This document shows positions 49,787 to 60,423 of a stretch of 64,000 bases of DNA, in pieces. The translations under genes were made by a program, and so were the position numbers. The notes beneath the pieces were generated by a model. It saw nothing but the letters and a program-made list of their open reading frames with translations, made no database searches and was not told the DNA's origin. The stretch is from Candidatus Pacebacteria bacterium CG_4_9_14_0_2_um_filter_40_15 (GTDB lineage Bacteria > Patescibacteriota > Microgenomatia > UBA1400 > PJMF01): contig PFRS01000005.1 of NCBI GenBank assembly GCA_002788675.1, positions 67,731-131,730 on the forward strand, given 5' to 3'. The stretch's first letter is position 1. Every line of letters begins with the position of its first letter.

Positions 49787-50784
49787 TAGTTGACCATCCC
49801 TCCTTTAAAGAATACTAAGACAAAGACTACTGTAAGCATCAGCGCAATATGCGCTATATTTCTGCCAACAATGCGGGCAATTCGTCTGTTATGCGCAACG
49901 ATACCATCATATATAAGAGTAGCTACAAACAGTATTGCAATAGCAATACCAAATGCTTTCCAGAGATTGTTAGGTGAAATCATAGGGCCTACTGTGATTT
50001 CTCCTCCTGGTACGGTTATAGTTGACAGCACTTGCTGTTCAACTTGAGGTGACTCTGCAAACTCAAAGGATACTTCTGAAGGTTGCTGAGTCTCTTCACC
50101 TGCTACCACCTGTACTGGAGCGGGTGCGTTTTCTTTGGTTACTACTGCTACCGGTTGGGTTGCTACAGCGGGTGCAACGGTTGGTTCTACTTGTTGTGCA
50201 TTTATCGCAACTGGATCTCCAAACATTTGGACTACAAGTGTTGTTTCGGTTCCCAAGAGAGTACCGTTTACTACGGCAATTCCTATGTCAGAATAGCGAG
50301 GATTCATAATGTTTGCACGATGGGTTGGCGATGCCATCCAAGCAGATACCATACCTGGAGTGTCAAGAAAGTCTCGAGCTAAGTTTTCACCCGCTACTCG
50401 GTAGGTATACCGGACTTCACGCATAAAGTCCCATGGTTCTTTACCCGTTGGGGAAGTGTGTGCCCAATATTGAGCCGTAAACATGTCAGCAGCTTTTCTT
50501 CTGGCTGCATCACTTAAAACTGCATTGTAGGCAACTGGTTGCAGTCCTGACTTTGCTCGTTCCTGATTGGTCGAAGCAATTACTTTATCGATGGTAATGT
50601 CGGAGGCATATCCCAATACATGACCGAGCTGTGTATCAGACAGTGAAATTGTGTAAGTTCCAATAAAAAAAACTATCGCAATACCAAGCAAACCAAAAAT
50701 ATATTCTGGATGCAATAACTTAGATCGATGATTGTTTGATCTTCTTGGATGAAATAAATGCGCTAGTGTTTTCTTGAATGTCAC
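49786..50784 (-). CDS. CAP (SCP/PR-1, YkwD-like) domain protein with TM anchors
   Basis: N-terminal TM, CAP motifs (NQERAKSGL, HTSPTGKEPWD, GENLA), Pro/Val-rich linker, C-terminal TM. Confidence 0.65.
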   Translation of the reverse strand: MTFKKTLAHLFHPRRSNNHRSKLLHPEYIFGLLGIAIVFFIGTYTISLSDTQLGHVLGYASDITIDKVIASTNQERAKSGLQPVAYNAVLSDAARRKAADMFTAQYWAHTSPTGKEPWDFMREVRYTYRVAGENLARDFLDTPGMVSAWMASPTHRANIMNPRYSDIGIAVVNGTLLGTETTLVVQMFGDPVAINAQQVEPTVAPAVATQPVAVVTKENAPAPVQVVAGEETQQPSEVSFEFAESPQVEQQVLSTITVPGGEITVGPMISPNNLWKAFGIAIAILFVATLIYDGIVAHNRRIARIVGRNIAHIALMLTVVFVLVFFKGGMVN

Positions 50785-50805
50785 AGAAACATTATGCAGC
50801 TTTTT

Positions 50806-51843
50806 TTACTCAGTTTCAATGAGTGGGTGTAACTGCAAGAATGAGTCATAGAGCTTAAGATTTTTGCTCTGGGTTAAAACACTGATTGGTTCTTGATACC
50901 GATCGACTGCAAACCAAGTCTCGTAACTCCCCTTAGTATCTGTAATGTACGATAAAGGTGTAGAAAAAAGATACAGAGGTCGATACCAAACGGTATTAGA
51001 CTCTAGGGTTATAACGGCATGATACTGTCCATTTGGTTCAGGAGAGTATGCAACGTGTGCTTGAACAGGTTCTGATTCAACTCTGAACATTGACTGAAAA
51101 ATCTCTGTACTATTTCCACTGCTATCTGTTGCCTGTATAACAACGACTATTTCTTGGTTTGATGGAAGTGTTGAAAATTTGAAAACATACTCACCATTTT
51201 GCCACTCAAACAATCCAAAATTTGAATCAAGAGTAACAGCATCTAAATCTGCTACGGTGGCAAAGATTTCAGTTTGATCCGTAAGAAGCCAAATATTTGT
51301 GTGGACCTCACTAAGGGTGAGCGTCGTCTCTTCAGGGAGCTGAGTTACTACTGTTAGGGGTTCCTCTGAGCTCCCCAAACCTGCCATTGGTAAAAAAAGT
51401 GTATGTGGTTGACTGTCGGACACACTTTGGCAAAGAACCCGATAGAGTTCTTTAGTCGGTGTTTGAACACGTAAGCAAGGTTCTGACTGATACACGCCAA
51501 TGGGTCCATTAAACTGCAACGTCAAAATTAGTGTTTGTCTTTCAGTTTGCTGAGTGTTTACGGGAATGGAATAAGTTGTAGATCCTGCAAAAGTAACAGG
51601 CTCAAGAACTGGTTTAGCTCCATGTACAGAATGTGTTTCAAATGTACCTTGTCTGAGTATCAGATCAAGAATGGGAGCCTGAAAATCAGGGACCCAGAAG
51701 CTTGCAACCTGGGCGCTAACCACTCCAGAGTAGTATGAGTGTAATTTTTGTGGGAAAAGATACAAAACCATGACACACACTATACTGATCCCGGTTATAG
51801 ATGCTACTGCTTTAATGTGTGTCATAGTCTTTGTGATAGCCAT
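50806..51843 (-). CDS. Hypothetical secreted/anchored protein (345 aa)
   Basis: N-terminal TM helix; no recognisable motif. Confidence 0.4.
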   Translation of the reverse strand: MAITKTMTHIKAVASITGISIVCVMVLYLFPQKLHSYYSGVVSAQVASFWVPDFQAPILDLILRQGTFETHSVHGAKPVLEPVTFAGSTTYSIPVNTQQTERQTLILTLQFNGPIGVYQSEPCLRVQTPTKELYRVLCQSVSDSQPHTLFLPMAGLGSSEEPLTVVTQLPEETTLTLSEVHTNIWLLTDQTEIFATVADLDAVTLDSNFGLFEWQNGEYVFKFSTLPSNQEIVVVIQATDSSGNSTEIFQSMFRVESEPVQAHVAYSPEPNGQYHAVITLESNTVWYRPLYLFSTPLSYITDTKGSYETWFAVDRYQEPISVLTQSKNLKLYDSFLQLHPLIETE

Positions 51844-52401
51844 TTATTGGAACAATGGCCAAGGTACTTGGTCGCCAGTCTCGCGTACTCCTACAATTGC
51901 CTCAACTGTGTAGCTTGCTCGCATATATTCTGTTCCAGCATCTTCGCTGAGTTGCACAGTAACCTGGATGTCCCATGTTTCACCAGGTGCTAACTCCCAG
52001 AGAGCATCTTCATCCCCAGAATCACTAAAATAGAACTCTGCGTTTACAACGAATGGATTTGAGTAAACGGTTTGATACCCTGCCCCATGATTCACAGTCA
52101 ACTCAACACCTTGAACCATTTGGGTATCAAGCAGCGGATCTGACCAAAATGATTCTAACTGACTACGAACATTAACAGGGACTGTGCCCGTATTCTCGAT
52201 GGAGTAACTAAACATCTGTGTTTGTCCTGGCAGCAAGTCTTGGGTATCAACAGACCCAGGAGTAATAACAATTTCTGTTGAACCTGTCTGAAACTGCCCT
52301 AACGGCGTTCGTTGAGTATAGGTGAAGTAGGCAAAGGCCATGCCCACCGAAAATGCAAAGAACGCTACTGCGCTGATTGCTACAAAGAATTTTCTCTTCA
52401 T
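51844..52401 (-). CDS. Hypothetical secreted beta-rich protein (185 aa), possibly camelysin/TasA-like
   Basis: Signal peptide ending AFAYFTY. Weak resemblance to SipW-cognate/TasA-type N-termini. Confidence 0.35.
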   Translation of the reverse strand: MKRKFFVAISAVAFFAFSVGMAFAYFTYTQRTPLGQFQTGSTEIVITPGSVDTQDLLPGQTQMFSYSIENTGTVPVNVRSQLESFWSDPLLDTQMVQGVELTVNHGAGYQTVYSNPFVVNAEFYFSDSGDEDALWELAPGETWDIQVTVQLSEDAGTEYMRASYTVEAIVGVRETGDQVPWPLFQ

Positions 52402-52524
52402 TGCATCCTTTTGTTTATATGTAGTACTGAGCAGATACTACTGCGGATTTCTGACGAGAAATGTAGGAAGTACGAAATGGCGCCCGCAGAGCGGGCGCCA
52501 TACAATCAATTCAAAACAAAGAGC

Positions 52525-55500
52525 TTATGCTTCTTCAATGAAGCCATAAGCAATAAGCTTAGTGACTATTCCAAAGGCAATGGCAATTGCTGGGAACCAT
52601 TGAGCAATAGTTGCTAACCATGATCCCTCAACATAACAGCCCATGTCTTTAAGGAAGTTGAAAATGACTATTACAGCAACTGTAGTTGCAGCAGCTACTA
52701 AGAGCTTAATCAAACTTGGATTTCTTCTGAAGAATTCAAATCCGACTATTACAATAATCTGTAGGAGGAGCATAAGCAGTGGCAAGTAATAGAGCCAAGG
52801 AGCACAAGTGCTCTCACCTAGAACCGCACCGTCATCTTCTGCTTGTGCGCCAGCTTCATCAGCATTCTTGGTTTCCTCAGTCTCTTCAGCATCAGCATTT
52901 TTACTGCCAAGTGCTTGTACACCAAGGACTCCACCAGTGCCTGTACCGGCTACTAAACTTTCAGTTTCAGTTGTAGCACCTAGTACTGCTGGACCAGGTC
53001 CAACTCTGAAGTCTACTTTTGCTTCAGTGAAGTTACCTGCATCATCCATTGCTTTCACAGAGAATGTCCAAACACCATCTTTAAGCTCATCAAGTCTGTG
53101 CTCGAAGGTAGATCTGTTGGTTGTTGCTCCATGACTGGTGCCATCTTCATGCTTCCACTCGAGTTTGTAGTAGCGGACGTCACTATCATCGGAAGGAGCT
53201 TCCCACTTACCATCTGCATAGTCTGCAGTGATGTTCTCAACTCGGGCGTTGAGAGGGTTACCGGCAGGTTTGGTGTTGTCGTATTTTACTTCTTTTCGGC
53301 CAAGATCAGTCATGACATTACCCAATTTATCTATACCTCTATAATAGAGAATATTTTGACCTTCTCCAGGAGGGTTGAATGGGCCTGAGTAGGTTGTCCA
53401 ACTACCAGCTGTACTATTCCATTGGTACTCAATATGACCAACTTCGTAGTTATCGGAATCTTTGAGCGTGATAGTTGGCTCAAAAAGTCGGTACCAACCG
53501 TTGTCTCCATCGCCGGAGGTTGGATCTATTGTTAAAAGCACTTCTGGAATTGTCTTGTCGTAGATAATTTTGATGGTGTAGGTTGACTCGACGTTTCCGG
53601 CGTTGTCTGTAGCGTGTGAAGTTACATCGTAGATACCATCATCTAGTGTTCCAGTAATATCATATTCCCAGGTATCTGTGCCATCTGCTTTAACACTAGT
53701 AGCTCCGACTTGCCAGTTTGCTCCATTCCAATAGGTACTATCTGAAGAACCAAAAGGCGTGTACATAATCTCAAGATTTAGTTCTTTTACTCCTGAGGTA
53801 GCATCAGTTGCAGTTCCTTCGATATGACCATCAAAAGAGTTTGTCTCAACCTCATCTCCACTAAAGTCATTTAGAGGCACAGTTATTTCACTAGATGGAT
53901 TTACTGTATCAATCATAAAGTGAAGTCCTAAGACATCTCTGAATTGGTTGATTGATGGAATATCTTTTCTTGTAGCAGTGTCATAGATATGATGTGCCAT
54001 GTAGTATTCACCATCTGTTAAGTTTGCAGTACATTCTGTGAAACTAACTGGAGTTGTAAGTCCAAAGGTTGAGCCCGAAAGGTTAACCAGGTTTGGAGCA
54101 GTTCTCCATCCACAGTATGATTGTTTACCATTAGCAGCAAATCTGAATGAATGGTCATCTTGTGCTTGGAAGATTACAAATGAATCCCAGAACAAGTTTG
54201 AAGATGGATTTAGATCACTATACTCTCCAGTAAAGCTAAACTGACCAAGTGTTTGACCATACGCGATACTATCTGTAATGGCAGTGCCATCTTTATAGTA
54301 GGTATGCTCTGCGGTTGGTGCATTGGTATCAATAAATATCTTTTGTTCAAAAGAATTACTGTTTCCAACTGCATCTGTCGCAACAACTGTCATTGTGTGT
54401 TCACCATCCGGAAGAGCATCAGTGATGCTTGCTTCCCAAGCTGTGACGCCTCCATTAATAACTGCGGTGTAATCATGTCCATTAACACTAAGAACTACAC
54501 TAGCCGTGTCACTACTTACAACACTACCTAAAATAACTGGTGTGTTGTAGTTAGTAACAAATTTACTTGGTTCAATCGTTCCGTTTGGATACTTGATTGA
54601 GTCGATGGTGATTTCTGGAGCTGTATTGTCAATCAATACTCTTACAACATCTACGGAAACACCCGTTCCAGAATTTCCAATTGGATCTCTATTTCCTGCT
54701 TTATCTCGAGCAGCAAGTCGTAACAAGTAATACCCATCAGGTACTGACTCAGTGTCAAAAGTATGTGAAATATTTGTTATATTTCCAACTGGAGCTGGTG
54801 GATTAGTAACATTTGCTTGCCATTTACGTTGACTAAAGTCCCACAGATTTGCCCCATCCTCATAGAGAGCAAGATTGTAATTGCTTAAATGTAATTCAGT
54901 AATTTCTCCAGTAAAAGTTACTTCTCCAGAAACGACATCGTCTTCTGAATAAGAAGTTATATTAACAACTGGATTAGTTGCATCATAGAAATAATGAACT
55001 GGAGAACTCCAGTTACTCATATTACCTGCATTATCAATCGCTCTTACCCAAATAGTTACACCACCTTGCTCACTAAGGGCAGGTGTATGATTACGTGACA
55101 ACGAAGAAGTGTCACGGCAACCACTCACAGTTTTTCCATCAATTATTTCTCCAGGGCAAGTACTGCCTCCAAAGGTGTGAAACTCATCATAGATGTATGC
55201 AATTTGATATCTTTCAACTCCACTTCCTGTGTCAGAGCCTGCTGACCACTCATTAAGTATTGGAGTTGTCGAAAAATACTGTTCTGCAGATGGTTTTGTA
55301 ATTGTTGGTGGAGTTGGTGCACTTCTGTCTAAAGTAACATTACACCAAGATGATGGTTCACTCACATTTCCAATAACATCCACTCCCCTAACTCTAAAGC
55401 TGTAGAGACCGTCTTCATCTCTTATGGTGTTATTGTAAAAAGAGTCTGTTGGCTGCTTGTGGTTATCTTTATCTTTAATATCATATTGATAATAGGCAAA

Positions 55501-57459
55501 ATCAGACTCAGTGTTATCATTCCAATCAACTAAAATTGATCTATTATTGGTGGCACCACTACAACCAAGTGGGTTACCTTCATTATCAAAGATAGTTAAA
55601 CCAGTGGGAACAGCAGGTGCTTCTGATTCACCGACATCAAACCGTGTCCAATCGAATCTCTCATCACCCTCAGCCCCGAAAACCATTCGAATCTCTACAT
55701 ACTCATCAGCAACAAAGGTGTGTTGCTCAGTCTCGTTATTGATACAGTAAAATGGATATAAACCTTCAACCATTGCGTTGTAGTTTGGATTACCAGTTGC
55801 TTGACTGACATCTCCATCAGTTCGATACTCAAAACAACTTGCAAAATTTCTTGTCGAAACAAAATCGAGCGTTGTTTCACCTGGAGCAATACTCAGCTGA
55901 TTTACATGTGCCCAACCATTATCACGATTTTCATCATTTGTGCTTGGTGGTTGATATAAGTCAGGTTCAAAATTGAAAATCGTCGTTTCTACACTTGTGC
56001 CAAAAATGAAACCATCAATATACTCAGTGTACCCACTGTTGTATGGCTCACCTACTCTTAGACCGAGCCAAGAATCTGTGGTTCTGATTGCAATATTTGA
56101 GAAACTTGAAAGCAAGTCGCTCCATGTTCTATTTCTATTCGTATTTCCGTCTGGCCATTTTGCACCATTGTCGTCATAGCCTGACCATGTCCATAGAGCA
56201 TTTCCTCCATCAATTGCATTCCATGCTTGCCACGAATTTTGAACAACTGTGCCATTTGTATTTGGGACATACACAAGTCTTTTTTGCCAAGTATCATTAC
56301 CATCAAAAGTAACATTGAAGTTCAAAAAAGCTGATCGATTTGCTGATCCTCCATTACCTGCTGATGGATTATAAGTGCTAAAACCAAGTTCTGTGATGTC
56401 TGCAAGTTTTGTACCTGAAAACTGATATGTAGCAATATTTCTTCGTTGAGTTCCTGATACAGATATCTTAGCACTTCCCAAACCATAAGGAGGTGTAGCT
56501 TTCCCAAATACCATTGAACCTAGGCTTGCATCGATTGTATCTGATTCGTCATTATAAAAGAACCATGATGAAGTATCATTTGTAACATCAACAATGTTTT
56601 GTGCAATATCAGCTTCTCTAACAACCACAAAAATCGTAAAATGATTCAAACCTTTAGCAGTCACCTTGTTAGTTACTTCTATCGTTTCGACTTTTTCAGC
56701 TGAGGCCAGGTCATCGACTGATTCGGCGTGTTTTACTTCTAGAGAAACTTCAATATTTTCAGGACGAGGCAGTGTGAGCTCATACTCAAAACTCCCATTC
56801 TCCATAGAAGAAGTAATATCATAAGCAACATTACTTAAAGCGCCAAGTTCTTTTACTTGCTCGTCACTCAAAGTTATCTCTTCAATAGAAAGAGATCCAG
56901 CAGTTTCAGGAAGTGTAGTGAAGGTAACGGTTACGTCCTTATTTTGAGGAGCAACGTAGGTTTTGCCTGTTTCAACAGTAGCGACAGTAGCTACTGCGCC
57001 TGATGTGAGCCAAAGTACGCCATCTACTATAGTGAAGTCAGCTTGATAGCCAGTTGCAGTAAACTTGAGTGCACCACTCACAGCTTCGTGAGCAACACAA
57101 TCAGAACCAGAACAGGTTCCTGCGTAGATCGTTTTACTAAAAGTTCCATCGGAAACGTCGACCGTTCCTAAAACAGCCTCTTCAGGAGTTTCATCTTTGT
57201 CGTCATTGTAGGTAAGTACATACTCTGTTGAAGCTGAAGCAGCTCCAGCAAGAGTGAACTCGTTAGAGTCAGCATTAAAACCTAAAGTTACGTCAGAAAC
57301 AGTTACTTCAGCAACCTCGGTAGCAGCGTAGGCAGGGGTAACCAAAAATGCGGCCGGAGCCACAGTTTGAAACAGCATCAAGAAGATGGAAAAAATCGAA
57401 TAAACTTTTCTAAATTGTTTTCTGAGCATTTTAAACATGCTTCCTTTTCTAAATAACAC
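52525..57459 (-). CDS. Giant cell-surface protein (1644 aa) with signal peptide, beta-rich repeats, Gly/Thr-rich linker and C-terminal membrane anchor
   Basis: Uninterrupted 4.9-kb ORF. N-terminal signal peptide; C-terminal three hydrophobic segments ending ...GFIEEA. Confidence 0.7.
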   Translation of the reverse strand: MLFRKGSMFKMLRKQFRKVYSIFSIFLMLFQTVAPAAFLVTPAYAATEVAEVTVSDVTLGFNADSNEFTLAGAASASTEYVLTYNDDKDETPEEAVLGTVDVSDGTFSKTIYAGTCSGSDCVAHEAVSGALKFTATGYQADFTIVDGVLWLTSGAVATVATVETGKTYVAPQNKDVTVTFTTLPETAGSLSIEEITLSDEQVKELGALSNVAYDITSSMENGSFEYELTLPRPENIEVSLEVKHAESVDDLASAEKVETIEVTNKVTAKGLNHFTIFVVVREADIAQNIVDVTNDTSSWFFYNDESDTIDASLGSMVFGKATPPYGLGSAKISVSGTQRRNIATYQFSGTKLADITELGFSTYNPSAGNGGSANRSAFLNFNVTFDGNDTWQKRLVYVPNTNGTVVQNSWQAWNAIDGGNALWTWSGYDDNGAKWPDGNTNRNRTWSDLLSSFSNIAIRTTDSWLGLRVGEPYNSGYTEYIDGFIFGTSVETTIFNFEPDLYQPPSTNDENRDNGWAHVNQLSIAPGETTLDFVSTRNFASCFEYRTDGDVSQATGNPNYNAMVEGLYPFYCINNETEQHTFVADEYVEIRMVFGAEGDERFDWTRFDVGESEAPAVPTGLTIFDNEGNPLGCSGATNNRSILVDWNDNTESDFAYYQYDIKDKDNHKQPTDSFYNNTIRDEDGLYSFRVRGVDVIGNVSEPSSWCNVTLDRSAPTPPTITKPSAEQYFSTTPILNEWSAGSDTGSGVERYQIAYIYDEFHTFGGSTCPGEIIDGKTVSGCRDTSSLSRNHTPALSEQGGVTIWVRAIDNAGNMSNWSSPVHYFYDATNPVVNITSYSEDDVVSGEVTFTGEITELHLSNYNLALYEDGANLWDFSQRKWQANVTNPPAPVGNITNISHTFDTESVPDGYYLLRLAARDKAGNRDPIGNSGTGVSVDVVRVLIDNTAPEITIDSIKYPNGTIEPSKFVTNYNTPVILGSVVSSDTASVVLSVNGHDYTAVINGGVTAWEASITDALPDGEHTMTVVATDAVGNSNSFEQKIFIDTNAPTAEHTYYKDGTAITDSIAYGQTLGQFSFTGEYSDLNPSSNLFWDSFVIFQAQDDHSFRFAANGKQSYCGWRTAPNLVNLSGSTFGLTTPVSFTECTANLTDGEYYMAHHIYDTATRKDIPSINQFRDVLGLHFMIDTVNPSSEITVPLNDFSGDEVETNSFDGHIEGTATDATSGVKELNLEIMYTPFGSSDSTYWNGANWQVGATSVKADGTDTWEYDITGTLDDGIYDVTSHATDNAGNVESTYTIKIIYDKTIPEVLLTIDPTSGDGDNGWYRLFEPTITLKDSDNYEVGHIEYQWNSTAGSWTTYSGPFNPPGEGQNILYYRGIDKLGNVMTDLGRKEVKYDNTKPAGNPLNARVENITADYADGKWEAPSDDSDVRYYKLEWKHEDGTSHGATTNRSTFEHRLDELKDGVWTFSVKAMDDAGNFTEAKVDFRVGPGPAVLGATTETESLVAGTGTGGVLGVQALGSKNADAEETEETKNADEAGAQAEDDGAVLGESTCAPWLYYLPLLMLLLQIIVIVGFEFFRRNPSLIKLLVAAATTVAVIVIFNFLKDMGCYVEGSWLATIAQWFPAIAIAFGIVTKLIAYGFIEEA

Positions 57460-57610
57460 CTGCTACGTGTTGCTTATTATTTCTTAGTTAAGTACGAACC
57501 AACAAGGCAATACATTGCCTACAATGTAATCCTACTATATCACAATACAACGCGCAAGGTGGAAACCTGACGGTCACATCAAGAAAAACATACACTTAGG
57601 TAATACCTTT

Positions 57611-58834
57611 TTAGAAAAAACGTGCTTTAACTTTTTGCCACATAGTGTCAGCTGGTAGATATTTCACTACCAAAAGATAGGTAATAAACATGATCAATCC
57701 AGAGGCAACGTACGGCGCATCTTTTGAAATAAGCGTATATAAAAATCCACCAATAATTGGCCCAAAAATGCGACCCAAACTTGCCGCAGACTGCATGATT
57801 CCCAAGGTACCACCATATTCTTCTTTCTTCACATTTTCTGAAGCAATCGATTGAATAGTCGGATTAGCCAATGCATTTCCCAGTACCAAAAAACCTGTTG
57901 CTATCAATAACAAACCAAGATGGAATGAGAGTGAAATACTAAACAAGCCTACTGCCAAAATAGGCAAACTGGCTTTAAACACCGTTTTCTCTGAAAAATG
58001 TTTTAGTGCTTTTGGTAGGATAACTAACTGCACAATAACTGACAATATTCCAATATATCCAAATAAATACCCTGTCTCAGTTGGACCCCAACCAAACGTA
58101 TCTAAACTCCAAAGCGCAAAGGTTCCCTGCATTCCAGAGAAAGCTAAGTTGATAAGGAAGAAAACCCCAATAAGTAACCCCAGAACCGGAGTAAGTAATG
58201 CATTTTTAAACTGAGCTACACTCAGTCGTGTCTGCTTTGCTGTAGCTGCTTTTTCTACGTTTACTGTCTCTTTTAAGAAGAACAAACTCGAAAAAGCGGC
58301 AATACCAGCAAGCCCAGCTGCAAAAAATGCTGGTACACCAAAGCCCCACTGTGAAAGGAAACCACCAATTGCAGGACCAAAAATAAATCCAATACCAAAA
58401 GCTGCTCCTAACATACCCATACTCTTGGCTCTGTCTTTAGGTGTTGTTGAGTCGGCAATATATGCTTGAGCTATAGTAATGTTACCACCAGTTATGCCGT
58501 CAAGAACGCGTGATAAAAATAATACTGTAAGTGACTGTGCCGTTCCCATTAATATAAATGACAACATCGTTCCAATTTGTGAAATAAAGAGTAATTTTTT
58601 TCGCCCATATCTGTCCGAAAGCTTGCCAATTATTGGCGAAGCAATAAGTTGAAAAAATGAGTATGTTGCCGAAAGCAGTCCAATCTGTAGTGCAGAGGCA
58701 TTAAAATTCTCGGCCACAAATGGCAACAAAGGCAAAATAAGTCCAAAACCCAAGAGGTCGATGAACACGACTAAAAACAGTGTGAATAAGCCTTTTTGTT
58801 TCATACTACGTTGCCCCATAACCGAAGAAACCAT
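57611..58834 (-). CDS. MFS transporter (DHA1-like)
   Basis: 12 TM helices; MFS motif A GRKKLLFISQIG in the loop between TM2 and TM3. Confidence 0.75.
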   Translation of the reverse strand: MVSSVMGQRSMKQKGLFTLFLVVFIDLLGFGLILPLLPFVAENFNASALQIGLLSATYSFFQLIASPIIGKLSDRYGRKKLLFISQIGTMLSFILMGTAQSLTVLFLSRVLDGITGGNITIAQAYIADSTTPKDRAKSMGMLGAAFGIGFIFGPAIGGFLSQWGFGVPAFFAAGLAGIAAFSSLFFLKETVNVEKAATAKQTRLSVAQFKNALLTPVLGLLIGVFFLINLAFSGMQGTFALWSLDTFGWGPTETGYLFGYIGILSVIVQLVILPKALKHFSEKTVFKASLPILAVGLFSISLSFHLGLLLIATGFLVLGNALANPTIQSIASENVKKEEYGGTLGIMQSAASLGRIFGPIIGGFLYTLISKDAPYVASGLIMFITYLLVVKYLPADTMWQKVKARFF

Positions 58835-58935
58835 TATACAACAAACAATCCCATTCCTAAAGCATCATGCTTCACTACTCTTCTATGTAGAAAATATGCG
58901 CTACTATATAAGAATATAAGCAACACACACATTTT

Positions 58936-59331
58936 ATGCAGTACAACGATCTCACTCCAGAAGAAAAACACGTCATTGAAGATGCCGCCACTGAGTATCC
59001 GTACTCCGGAGAGTACGAAGACTTTTTTGAGGATGGCACCTTTATTTGCCGCCGTTGTAATAACCCGCTCTACTCTTCTGAAGCAAAGTTTAATGCCTAC
59101 TGTGGCTGGCCTGCCTTTGAGAGCTGTTTTCCTGATGCTATCCTAGAAGAAAACATGGGTGACGGCCGGACTGAAATTACGTGTGCTAACTGCGCTGCCC
59201 ACTTAGGGCATGTGTTTAGAAACGAAGGCTTTACCAAAACAAATGTGCGGCATTGCACAAATTCACTGTCGATTCGTTTTGTAGCTGAGGGTGAAGAGTT
59301 ACCTGCTGTTATTCATGGAGATGCAGAATAA
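58936..59331 (+). CDS. msrB: Peptide-methionine (R)-S-oxide reductase MsrB
   Basis: Two CxxC pairs plus GWPAF ... HLGHVF ... RHCTNS. Confidence 0.85.
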   Translation: MQYNDLTPEEKHVIEDAATEYPYSGEYEDFFEDGTFICRRCNNPLYSSEAKFNAYCGWPAFESCFPDAILEENMGDGRTEITCANCAAHLGHVFRNEGFTKTNVRHCTNSLSIRFVAEGEELPAVIHGDAE

Positions 59332-59864
59332 TGATAAAAACTGAAACTGCTACCTTCGCCAACGGCTGTTTTTGGTGTACTGAAACCATTTTTAAACAAC
59401 TGAAAGTTGTCTCTTCTGTTACTCCAGGATACACAGGTGGTACCGCTGAAGACGCAGAGTATAAGGATGTTTCAAGTGGAAAGTCAGGGCATGCTGAAGC
59501 TATCCAAATTGAGTTTAATCCAGACGTTATTTCTTACAAGGTGCTCCTTGATGTTTTTTGGCACACACACAATCCTACAACCTTGAACCGTCAGGGTGCA
59601 GATGTAGGCACGCAGTATCGTTCTGCCATTTTCTACCATTCTTCTGAACAAAAAGCGGCTGCTGAAACGTCTAATAATGAGTTAGAGGCTAAAGGCACTT
59701 ACGATGATCCAATTGTGACCGAAATAGTTGCAGCTTCGAAATTTTATCCCGCCGAAGAGTTCCACAAAGACTTTTATCTTAAGAATACGGGTTCGATGTA
59801 CTGTCGGCTTGTGATTGATCCAAAATTAGAAAAGTTTTGGGAGCGATATAAGCACTTGACTTAG
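59331..59864 (+). CDS. msrA: Peptide-methionine (S)-S-oxide reductase MsrA
   Basis: GCFWC (variant of GCFWG) active-site motif. Start overlaps the msrB stop (TAATG). Confidence 0.85.
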   Translation: MIKTETATFANGCFWCTETIFKQLKVVSSVTPGYTGGTAEDAEYKDVSSGKSGHAEAIQIEFNPDVISYKVLLDVFWHTHNPTTLNRQGADVGTQYRSAIFYHSSEQKAAAETSNNELEAKGTYDDPIVTEIVAASKFYPAEEFHKDFYLKNTGSMYCRLVIDPKLEKFWERYKHLT

Positions 59865-60025
59865 ATTCTCATTTAGTAGACCCATAATAATTGACTTTCG
59901 CCCCAATAAATAGTATACTGGAGTATTGGTATTACCTACTTCAATCGTGGAGGACGGTAATACCAAATTCTTTAATAAAGCGATATTTAACATCAAAAAA
60001 GTTTTTTTGGTGTTGAGGAGAATGC

Positions 60026-60337
60026 ATGGATTACACAACGTTGGATCAAATTATCATTTTCCACAGAATTGTAGAAGGACGAAATGCCTTGTACGACGAT
60101 GTTGAAGTCGTCACCGTCACAAACAATGGCAAGTTTCCAATTTCAGTGGAAATTGTTGAATCCCGAACGAACATCATGGGTCGTGTATGTTACGGTGATG
60201 TGCTCCAAGATATTATCATTATTCAGCCAGGTGAGACCAAAGACTTTGAACTAGATGTAGATCGCAAGTTAGTGATCTGCTCTCATAAAAACTGGCGCAT
60301 GAAGGTGGAAAAACAAGAACTCTACGCCGAAGAATAG
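60026..60337 (+). CDS. Hypothetical protein (103 aa)
   Basis: ORF followed by a strong terminator. Confidence 0.35.
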   Translation: MDYTTLDQIIIFHRIVEGRNALYDDVEVVTVTNNGKFPISVEIVESRTNIMGRVCYGDVLQDIIIIQPGETKDFELDVDRKLVICSHKNWRMKVEKQELYAEE

Positions 60338-60370
60338 AAGAATAATAGCCTCATTTAAAATCGTTTTATA

Positions 60371-60398
60371 AAAAACCCCAGAACACCTGGGGTTTTTT
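60371..60398 (+). terminator. Intrinsic terminator
   Basis: CCCCAG-aacac-CTGGGG followed by a T6 run. Confidence 0.65.
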
Positions 60399-60423
60399 AC
60401 TGCCTCTTTTGCTATACTAAGCT

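Noticed and set aside
52779-56507. Multiple 60-110-aa ORFs on the plus strand inside and antisense to the giant surface-protein gene (for example 52808..53134, 54253..54531, 56088..56312)
   Set aside because: Antisense shadow ORFs are typical of long ORFs. They have no start context or homology.
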